Shown piece after piece: positions 54,410 through 62,728 of a DNA stretch of 64,000 bases. A program made the translations under genes and the position numbers. Source of the DNA: Nitrospiraceae bacterium (lineage in GTDB: Bacteria; Nitrospirota; Nitrospiria; Nitrospirales; UBA8639); assembly GCA_020632635.1 (NCBI GenBank), contig JACKFE010000002.1, forward strand, positions 495,625-559,624, in the 5' to 3' direction. The notes beneath the pieces were generated by a model. That model was not told the DNA's origin and did not search any database. It worked only from the letters and a program-made list of their open reading frames with translations. The first letter of the stretch is position 1, and each line of letters starts with the position of its first letter.

Positions 54410-57400
54410 ATGAGACGATTTCTTATCATCTCCATGTGGTTCCTCATCGGTAGTTTGATGGCTATAGATTCTCATCTCGAAGCCGGGAGTGACCTTCATC
54501 TTCCGCAGGTGACGCTAAACCAGTCGACCTCATTTCTCGGCTCGGATGGGGACACTATCGAAGTGCCATCTGGAACGTACACAGTGGAACAGGCTGATAA
54601 CTGGATTCGACTCCAACAAGACGAGCGTCGTGATGCCATCATCCTGCAGGCGAGCCCCCTAACACATATAGAGCCTGTCACCCATTCACAAGCCATACTG
54701 AAACAACACGGATTCAACGAATTTCAGCTCATGCTACTACTCCCAGATGGAACCGGCCTCACTGTCACGGGACAGAGCCAGTTAACATCACGAGGGATTT
54801 CGGCGCTGGCCCGTTCACCGACTTCTCCAAAAAGCGCTGGGGGAAAAAGTACCCTTCCTCAGGGCCTTGGATCGGCATCAGCCGGCATTCCCCAAGTGAC
54901 CCAAGCTCGGCCAACCGTGGACGTTCCCACATCCACCGCCTCGCCACTCTTTGAAGCGACTTACTTGCCCTCGTTTAAAGGGACGCGCATGCTGGAAGGT
55001 CGCGTCTCACGCCTCCCCGTCAGCGCCTTTCACCAGCAAATCATTACTAGTACGACCGGGCTCGAACTGCGGACCCGATGCCTGGGTGAGAACGACACGG
55101 GTATGATCGTCGACATGTCCTCCAATCCCATGACCGATACCTTGGAGCCGATCCCCAGAGGACTGTCGCACACCCTACCTCCGACGAGACTGACCACTCT
55201 CTACAATGACGATCATCCCTCGGCAGAAGGGAACCATCTGGGAAGTTATATTTGTGCAACCTGCCAATCTCCTGCGCCACCTACCTCGATTCGAGCCACA
55301 GTGTACGTTTTCAGCCAACGTCGGGCTACGGCCTATTGTACGTTGGAAAAGAAAGAACCCACCGGCTGGCAACCGCTGACCAACCCTCCGTTTCAACATT
55401 TTGGCGGGACCCTGGTGGATGTCGGCCCGCTCCAACCACATGACTACCTGGAAGTTCAAACCCAAGACTTCACCGGATGGCCGGACTATCAAGCCAAGGA
55501 TTATGATACCCGCATGCTTCTCTTCCAACCGACCAGTCCGGCAAACGGATTACTCTATAACGAAAATGCCCGTTCGGATCGTGATCCCAAAATCGTCATT
55601 CCCAATAGCGCCTGGAGCCATGGATCCAATTACGTGTTACTTGGAAAATCTCAGCCACACACTCAATCTAACAAAGGGGTCGAGGTGAACATTGACCTCG
55701 TACGTGGACCGTTGAACCATGGCCAATCTTCTCATACATTTGGCACCTCCCATCTTCTCTCACCAGGTCGGTACTATGTGTGGCTGTATGCGAAAACCAC
55801 TTCGCCGGTCGGGACTCCAACCCCGAAGCCCCATTCGTCCGCCGACATGAACAGGGCTCTTGAGAATGGATTTACCTGCCCACCGATCATTACCCCCAAG
55901 TCGTCCACAAAAAATCCTCAGTTGAGGGGAACGCTCAACTCCAGGGCATTCGACTTTCGGATTATCGCCAAGCAAAACGGCGCTTGGACAGAACGAAAAC
56001 GCCGGACAATCCTGAAAGGCCAAATGGGTGCGAAGGCGGGAGATCTGAATCTTTTCCTCATGGACCTCGATGTGCCCATTCCCACCGAGATCGCCGTTGA
56101 AGTTCAACATCCAACTCAAGATGTGGAATTTTTCCCACAATGGCGGGTTATGCGGAATCCGGATGCCAGTGATTTCACGGTGGCATCTTTTAATACCCTC
56201 TACGACTCCGGTTCACCTCATGCAAGGAAAACCCGTAATGCGGCCAACCTCCTAGCTTCCCGTGGCATGATTCAACCTGGCACCGGGGCCATTCTTGAGC
56301 CCACTGACCAGGCACCCTGGCAATGGGATGCTGATCTCATTGGTCTGCAAGAACTCAGAGACGGAGATGACGATGGATTTGCGGAATACTTTTACGCGGA
56401 TGTTTTTGCCCGAGAAGCGATGCAGATGGGCTCTCGATCCTGGAATGTCATTCGAGGGCAGGACGAAGACTTCCCGAATGCGGTGGCCACCGATGGGCGG
56501 GGTCCGGTGTTTATCACCGAGCACCTTTGGAGGAGTGGGAATGCCAACAACATTTTCCTTCCGAATTCACTTCTGAAGAAAGCCCGTTGCAAGACCTATG
56601 ACCGAACCAATGAATATGAATGTGCCTTGGAGGATGGAGCCAGCGATTTTGTCAAGACGTTTGGCATCCCGGGTCAAATCAGTATCCCACGTTATCGGTC
56701 AGTGACCGCATCCGGACAGCAAGAAGCTGATCGGCCGATCATGGTAGTCAATCTTCATTTGGCTGACGGATCCTCCGGTTGGTTGAAGAGACGCAACCAA
56801 CTCAATAATCTCATGACCAAACTCCGCACCTTTCTCAAGGAAAACCCCTCGGCCTTTAACAGTGAGGGGAAAAACCACCCACACCATTACCAAAATCGAA
56901 TCCTCTTACTCGGCGATTTCAATTGGTCTGCGCATCATTGCGGCGAGCACTATTGGTTCTTGCACACCCTTCGGGAAGCGTTCGGCTATGCGGTGGACGT
57001 ATCGATGGCTGCCAATGACAATGACATGCATGATCGCATGGGCGCCATCGGCTCCAATGGTATTCCACAGAACTGGGAAAGTGCCAAAAGTTGGAAAAAG
57101 GACCCGTCCCGCCATACCAAGTTTCCCTGGTGGATGACTACCCACCGAGGGAAAGCAGGGAACCTGTATGACCGGAATGAACGGTACGATGCCATGATGT
57201 TAGTCGGAGCCGGATGGGCCTATGACGATCCGGTCCGAGAGTATGAAGTTCTGTGGGATCGAAACGGCAATAATCCATTGAATGGTGACTCAAAGGGTGG
57301 TGTGGAAATGGCCGACACGGGGAACCTCGTCACCCAAAATGGGTACCGCCCTCAATATGCGTTGAAATGCCGAAAACCAAGTTGCGAGGAGGAAGATCGG

Positions 57401-57484
57401 ACGAACTCAACGAAACCAGGCGACCCGGCCTTAGATTCTGATCATTTACCCATTCGAGCACGACTTCGGGTTTTTATCCGATAA
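54410..57484 (+). CDS. Secreted protein with the shared N-terminal module, a large middle region and a C-terminal endonuclease/exonuclease/phosphatase (EEP) domain
   Basis: Signal peptide (…LMAIDSHLEAG). The module ends LLLPDGTGLTVTGQSQLTSRG. EEP motifs: FTVASFNTL, LIGLQEL, VVNLHL, LLGDFNW, LDSDHLPIRARL. Confidence 0.8.
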   Translation: MRRFLIISMWFLIGSLMAIDSHLEAGSDLHLPQVTLNQSTSFLGSDGDTIEVPSGTYTVEQADNWIRLQQDERRDAIILQASPLTHIEPVTHSQAILKQHGFNEFQLMLLLPDGTGLTVTGQSQLTSRGISALARSPTSPKSAGGKSTLPQGLGSASAGIPQVTQARPTVDVPTSTASPLFEATYLPSFKGTRMLEGRVSRLPVSAFHQQIITSTTGLELRTRCLGENDTGMIVDMSSNPMTDTLEPIPRGLSHTLPPTRLTTLYNDDHPSAEGNHLGSYICATCQSPAPPTSIRATVYVFSQRRATAYCTLEKKEPTGWQPLTNPPFQHFGGTLVDVGPLQPHDYLEVQTQDFTGWPDYQAKDYDTRMLLFQPTSPANGLLYNENARSDRDPKIVIPNSAWSHGSNYVLLGKSQPHTQSNKGVEVNIDLVRGPLNHGQSSHTFGTSHLLSPGRYYVWLYAKTTSPVGTPTPKPHSSADMNRALENGFTCPPIITPKSSTKNPQLRGTLNSRAFDFRIIAKQNGAWTERKRRTILKGQMGAKAGDLNLFLMDLDVPIPTEIAVEVQHPTQDVEFFPQWRVMRNPDASDFTVASFNTLYDSGSPHARKTRNAANLLASRGMIQPGTGAILEPTDQAPWQWDADLIGLQELRDGDDDGFAEYFYADVFAREAMQMGSRSWNVIRGQDEDFPNAVATDGRGPVFITEHLWRSGNANNIFLPNSLLKKARCKTYDRTNEYECALEDGASDFVKTFGIPGQISIPRYRSVTASGQQEADRPIMVVNLHLADGSSGWLKRRNQLNNLMTKLRTFLKENPSAFNSEGKNHPHHYQNRILLLGDFNWSAHHCGEHYWFLHTLREAFGYAVDVSMAANDNDMHDRMGAIGSNGIPQNWESAKSWKKDPSRHTKFPWWMTTHRGKAGNLYDRNERYDAMMLVGAGWAYDDPVREYEVLWDRNGNNPLNGDSKGGVEMADTGNLVTQNGYRPQYALKCRKPSCEEEDRTNSTKPGDPALDSDHLPIRARLRVFIR

Positions 57485-57692
57485 GGTCGCGATACCTTGC
57501 AGCTTGCTCATGGCGGAACTCAGATCAGAGGTGAGCGATGAAGTGGATCTGACGTTCACACACAGCGCCCCTCGTCATCGGAGATCCAAAACCAGAGTCC
57601 CACGTGACGAAAGCTGCAACCGTCGCCTGGGTTGAAAACTCCGGTTCTCCCGGCTAGGCCTTAATCTCGATCACGACAGGTTAGGAGGGAAT

Positions 57693-59861
57693 ATGCGAGC
57701 ATATTGGACAGTTATTCTTTTGAGCTTGATGATCCATGCAAGCATGGGCACGGTCTATTCAGCATCCGCTCCACCGAAAATTTCTGTGGAAACGCCTATA
57801 TACTTCTCTGCCGCCGACGGGAGTGAAATGCTTCTCACACCTCACGTCTATTCGGTGCAAAGTCGAGATCCATTCCTAGAAATGCGACCCGTCGGGGCAG
57901 ACAGAAAAGAGACGATATTACTCAACGCGACCATCGGCACCCACCAGGAGTCTGTTGGGTCAACTACTGCCTTCCTCACAACAGGAGATGAAGAGAATTC
58001 GTATCATCTTGTTCTGTTGAAGCCGGAGGGAACCGCTTACGAGGCTATCGGCACGACGACAAGTCTCCGCTCCAGGGGAACCACGACACGCCTCACCCCA
58101 ATCCGTGTACAGTCTCTCCTGCAAAATCTGAAGAGCCAGACTGTACCGCTCAACAGACCGCCCCTTTTCCCCATCCCGACTATCCCGCCATCAGAGGTAC
58201 AGACCACGAACCCGTGCGTTCGGGATGTTCGCGAGGATTTCCTCAAAATACGGACGCATGGCGATAAACTCGGGTTCCGTCATACTCAATCACCCGGAGC
58301 CTATACTGGAAGTGGCAGTTCTCATTATCAGGGCATTCAACGATTGGGCAATTATCTGGCCATATCCGGCAGTGCAGCCCATGCCGGTGAAATTATGGTC
58401 GTCGAAATGCAGTCCAGAGCAAAGACCGGCCGGTTTCGTTCCAATCGGCTCTCCTCAAATACGCCCCCCAACAATGACCGGGTTATCAAAGTCATTGAAG
58501 CCAGTCGCACCCTGACTCACGCTGGTGGATTTCAGATCATGGGAGAGGTGCTGGCCGTCGGGGTAGAAGGAAGCAATCAATCCGAAGTGGTGTTCTATAA
58601 CATCAAAGATCCGACCAATCCACAAGAGCTGTACCGGATTTCGCGTTCGGGAACCATCGGAGGGTTTAGCGAGAAACCCAGTGCCGGAGCAACAGCCCTG
58701 GTACAACGCCCGGATGGTCGCTTTCTCCTACTAGTCGGACGGTCGGATTCCAACGTTCTGGATTTCTACCTCTCCCGAAATGCCAATATCCTGACCAACA
58801 CATTTGTCCACGTCGATTCCTGGCACGAGCATGAACTGCAAGGCATGGATCGGGAATTTGGAAACTATCAGAACATCAACTTCGTCCGGCAATGTGACGG
58901 CCAGGTCTTTGTTGTTGGACTTCATAAAAACGTGAACCTAGGAGGCATCCTCAGCGGAGGAGAGGATTGGGCCGATTTGTTTAAACTGGAACTGCTTCAA
59001 ATCGGACAAATCGGAAATCCCGGTATCCTCCGTCATCATACGGTCGTTACGAAAATCGCGAACCGGCATCTGTACTGCCATGACATCTGCGACTTCGATG
59101 CAGGCGCTGGCGTGTATGTCGATTCACAGGGAGAATTGTTCATCTATGGAGTGGAACATTGGCGGCACAAGGGCATTGTCCGGTTCAATGAATTCAGGCC
59201 GGTTCCCTCATCCGTCTCACCTCCCCTGCTCGACCTCAATCAGACCTGGATCGAACTCTATGACGACCGTGCCTTTGGCGATCGCAGTATCATGATCGAT
59301 TTCCGTGACCATTCATTGAGAAATTTTTCTGACTATGATCAAGTTGAAGGATTCGAGGACAAAACCTCCTCCGCCAAGTGGGTCATTCCCTCGGGTTGGC
59401 AATACTTGCTGTTTGAGGACAAATCATTCAAGGGACGCTTGCTCAGACTGTCCGGGACCGGCGGTCTAGGAGCCATTTCCGACTTCAGCCCCAGAGATTG
59501 GAACGATACAGTCTCATCCTCAAAATTTTCTCCCGTCACGATCACACAACTCGGCCAAGCCTGGGTCGAACTTTTCGATGATCATACGTTTAAAGACCGG
59601 CGTCTGAGGATAAACGGAGGTTCGGCTGGAATTTCTAATTACCAAAATATCACTGTGGAAGGACAACGAGGATTTGGGGACAACGTCTCTTCAGCCCGAT
59701 ACATGATCCCCAATGGTTTGGTTTACCGCTTATATGAACATGACTCTTATCGGGGAAAAACCTTGGATTTGGTAGGCACCGGACGAATCGAGGAAATTCC
59801 TGATTTCACTACCCGAAGCTTCAATGACCAAGTCTCTTCGTCCAGATTTATCACACCATAG
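57693..59861 (+). CDS. Secreted protein with the shared N-terminal module, a middle domain related to the C-terminus of gene 2535..4727, and two beta-gamma-crystallin domains
   Basis: Signal peptide (…MIHASMGTVYSA). The module ends LLKPEGTAYEAIGTTTSLRSRG. Four Greek-key motifs: LYDDRAFGDR, LFEDKSFKGR, LFDDHTFKDR, LYEHDSYRGK, each followed by VSSxK/R[FY]. Confidence 0.8.
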   Translation: MRAYWTVILLSLMIHASMGTVYSASAPPKISVETPIYFSAADGSEMLLTPHVYSVQSRDPFLEMRPVGADRKETILLNATIGTHQESVGSTTAFLTTGDEENSYHLVLLKPEGTAYEAIGTTTSLRSRGTTTRLTPIRVQSLLQNLKSQTVPLNRPPLFPIPTIPPSEVQTTNPCVRDVREDFLKIRTHGDKLGFRHTQSPGAYTGSGSSHYQGIQRLGNYLAISGSAAHAGEIMVVEMQSRAKTGRFRSNRLSSNTPPNNDRVIKVIEASRTLTHAGGFQIMGEVLAVGVEGSNQSEVVFYNIKDPTNPQELYRISRSGTIGGFSEKPSAGATALVQRPDGRFLLLVGRSDSNVLDFYLSRNANILTNTFVHVDSWHEHELQGMDREFGNYQNINFVRQCDGQVFVVGLHKNVNLGGILSGGEDWADLFKLELLQIGQIGNPGILRHHTVVTKIANRHLYCHDICDFDAGAGVYVDSQGELFIYGVEHWRHKGIVRFNEFRPVPSSVSPPLLDLNQTWIELYDDRAFGDRSIMIDFRDHSLRNFSDYDQVEGFEDKTSSAKWVIPSGWQYLLFEDKSFKGRLLRLSGTGGLGAISDFSPRDWNDTVSSSKFSPVTITQLGQAWVELFDDHTFKDRRLRINGGSAGISNYQNITVEGQRGFGDNVSSARYMIPNGLVYRLYEHDSYRGKTLDLVGTGRIEEIPDFTTRSFNDQVSSSRFITP

Positions 59862-60450
59862 GAACCCTCTAGACTTGAGCACCTACTCCATCTCGATACG
59901 CCGCCGTATCTCTTTCGATACGACCGACCGTCGATATTCCTGAAATTGTATACGCCTTCGCCTCCAGTGTACTCATTTTCCCTGTCATCATCCATAGATA
60001 CCTAAAACCAACCAAGCCATGAATCCACTGGGCTCAGATGGCATAAGGGTTGCGTAACCCATTGAACAAGAACACGCGCTGGGATGACAACGATGACAAA
60101 GAAAGAGAATCATCCACCAGATTTCCTTGATGCCGATCTCCCTACCATAGGAGCACGGTCGATCTCTTATCGGAGTGTCAAAATCAGAAGGGACCGTTCG
60201 CTCTACCCCATTGAAAGCATAGATAAAACGATGGTTATGAGAAAAACGGCTGTCCGTCTCTTGGAATCACCTGAGGGGGAACTCTCCGACTGGACGAATC
60301 ACTTTCTATCCTGTGATTCAAGGATCTTGTGCAGGCCGAATATCCCCATGATGCATATACGTTCGCTGTCTCACAAAAGACATTTTTTGTCCCAAATGTG
60401 CCAATTTCATGACATGGTCTGAATAGCCGCTTGACGAGGAGGGAAGCCCC

Positions 60451-60666
60451 ATGGATGACATCATGAGCATTTCTCGATCATTGGAAAAAGGGATGTACAT
60501 TTTGCGGGAAGGCGATTGCCTATGGAGAATCGATGAAAAAGGCAGGGTCGAGGACATGGCCACGGGCCTGACTCGAGTCTTCGAACAACTGGCTTTTATT
60601 CAGCAATGGAAAACGCCGTCACGAGGCATTTTTGAGGAACATCCCCAACAAGATCCGTCAATTTAA
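60451..60666 (+). CDS. Hypothetical small ORF (71 aa)
   Basis: An ORF only, with no signal peptide. It contains PSRGIFEE, which resembles the island motif. Weak support. Confidence 0.25.
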   Translation: MDDIMSISRSLEKGMYILREGDCLWRIDEKGRVEDMATGLTRVFEQLAFIQQWKTPSRGIFEEHPQQDPSI

Positions 60667-61222
60667 CAGGCAACGATACGGTGCAGTCCGATCTGCTTTC
60701 AGGTATTTCCTGTATCCCCTCCCCCTCGAGTGCCTAAGAAGAGTAAATCCAAATGCATCTGCCTTCACCTTTTAGGTAGGAACGACTCTCGGTCTCATTG
60801 AGAAAATTTGAATGTCAAAAAATACAAAGGATTTCGCTACTGCAGGGATCAATATGACTGAAAAAAATTGATAAGGCTCATACCCGACGGAATAACGAAC
60901 CATAGTTCAAGTGTGGGAGGGATGCCTCGCCCTACGAGACAGCATGCGGATGTGGCACATCAATAATGTGATCGTCGACTGTTATGTTCGGAGGCATACC
61001 AAAATCTTTGAGCTCCTTTCCGGCATGCCAGGCAGGGAATTCCGTTTCCTAATTTTCCTCACACATTAATTTCTTGTCAGGCCCATTTCGCTCACCTCCT
61101 GCCCGGAATGACGCCTACAGCACATCGTCCTCTTACATCCTCCCCTATTCCTTAACACCTTACGACGTTCAAAACATTCGGGTGGATGATTGCGCTGCCC
61201 AAGCCCTACCAATTTTGAGGCT

Positions 61223-62314
61223 TCACCCAAACTCGGGGACGACCTTTTCGCAATACATTTCAACCTGCACATACCCCGGCTTGTCAGGAAGTCGCACCAC
61301 ACTCACGATACCAAGATGCTCAAGGTGGAGCGTAAAAACCACTGTATTGTTTTGAGTGGGGGATAACCATCGCAGGGTTCCCTTTTTTTCAAACCTGTCC
61401 GCATTCAACCCCTTAATGACAAAATTGGCATGCCAATCATAAAAGGGCTGGGCCTGAGTTTCGGGAAGCACTACCTTTACATTTGAATAATCTTGAGGCT
61501 TCGTTCCCGGAAAGCCGGAAACCGTCGGATTTGGAGGAAGGAGGCCTGCGGAAAATATTGGGGTCTCGACTCGGGCGACTTGTTGAATGCCCCCCCAACC
61601 ATCAATAGAAAAATGAAAATAGCCTTTCAACGGGGTACTAGACATAGAAGGCTTGACGAATTGAGAGGCCGCATAGCTTCCAGAAACACGTTGAGTTTGC
61701 ATGACACCGATAGTCACACGAAGGGACGCTGAGTGCCCAGGTAAAGCAATATCGGCATCTGGGAACGATAACTCCCGCAAAAAGCCCCCAGAAAATTGGA
61801 GCTCATTTCCTTGTTCTGCAAAGCGATCCTTCATGAAGATTGAACCGGTAATCGCCTGAGTGGCTCCTTGAAGGCTGTTGACCAGCCAGTTATTAAATGA
61901 CTGGCCTGGAACAGGAAGGTAATAGAACACCAGATCACGGTATGTGAATCCCTGAATGTGTTTGAAAATCCGACCCTCCATCCCCTGCTGGCCGGAAGAG
62001 GATCGTCCCGCTGCTTCACCTCCCTCAAATCTGAATATCTCCAGAGGGCTCCCACCAAAAGACAATCCAAAGATTTGTGGATATCCCATCAATGGATCGG
62101 GAACAATTTCCCTTGGCGGCGACTGCCGGGACGGCTGAGATATGTCGGCATTGACTTCAGGAATCGACAAGGCTGCTAAGGCTGCCCCAGCCCCTTGGAA
62201 AACCCCAAGGGGAAGGCCAACCGCGGCTAACCCACCCATACTAGCCAGCCAGAGAAATCCCCTCCGTGAGAGAGCCCCATCCGAATCCCGTGGTCCTGGT
62301 TCCGCTGAATTCAT
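61223..62314 (-). CDS. Tat-exported protein with two tandem tail-tube-like domains (paralog of 41757..43073)
   Basis: Twin-arginine motif LSRRGFLWLASMGGLAAVG. Its second domain aligns with that of the paralog: VVLPETQAQPFYDWHANFVIKG...GTLRWLSP...VVFTLHLEHLGIVSV...VQVEMYCEKV versus VTLPRTQAGPFTEWFKQFVING...GSLEFLAP...VLFKLNFEHLGIFRM...VKVEMYCETL. Confidence 0.55.
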   Translation of the reverse strand: MNSAEPGPRDSDGALSRRGFLWLASMGGLAAVGLPLGVFQGAGAALAALSIPEVNADISQPSRQSPPREIVPDPLMGYPQIFGLSFGGSPLEIFRFEGGEAAGRSSSGQQGMEGRIFKHIQGFTYRDLVFYYLPVPGQSFNNWLVNSLQGATQAITGSIFMKDRFAEQGNELQFSGGFLRELSFPDADIALPGHSASLRVTIGVMQTQRVSGSYAASQFVKPSMSSTPLKGYFHFSIDGWGGIQQVARVETPIFSAGLLPPNPTVSGFPGTKPQDYSNVKVVLPETQAQPFYDWHANFVIKGLNADRFEKKGTLRWLSPTQNNTVVFTLHLEHLGIVSVVRLPDKPGYVQVEMYCEKVVPEFG

Positions 62315-62728
62315 CTTTCATTCCCCCGTTTTTAGAGATATGTGTCCGGAAATTTACCACGATGCCAAGGGAATCATTTGGCGCCTTGAGCTTACCAAAT
62401 GAGTCGAAAAATACGCTCTATCGGTTCACGTCGTTCACAGAAACTTTCCTTAACCCTCTCCAGAAAGGGTTTTTGAGGGGGATAATTTGGGAAAAAGGTC
62501 CAACGGAGCAAACCCTGGCTCTTTCGGAAGTTAATCTTTTAAGATGGAAGCGGGTTCAAATGAAAAACTTGAAAATCAATGATTCTACGTATTTCTGAAA
62601 TTAAAGCAAGACTGAAGAAGGGGAGAAACCGATATTTCCATTTGTTTCAGATCACCGAACCATTTCCCCACCACACACGACCTACTGGATAATAAGGCGA
62701 CTGACCCCAAGCTACTCAAATTGACCGT

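Noticed and set aside
27923-62314. Calling the region a canonical T6SS, eCIS or prophage tail locus
   Set aside because: No sheath, baseplate wedge, tape-measure, ClpV/AAA+, TssJLM, capsid or terminase genes are visible. The spike-like and tube-like proteins carry Sec or Tat signals, which is incompatible with canonical cytoplasmic assembly.
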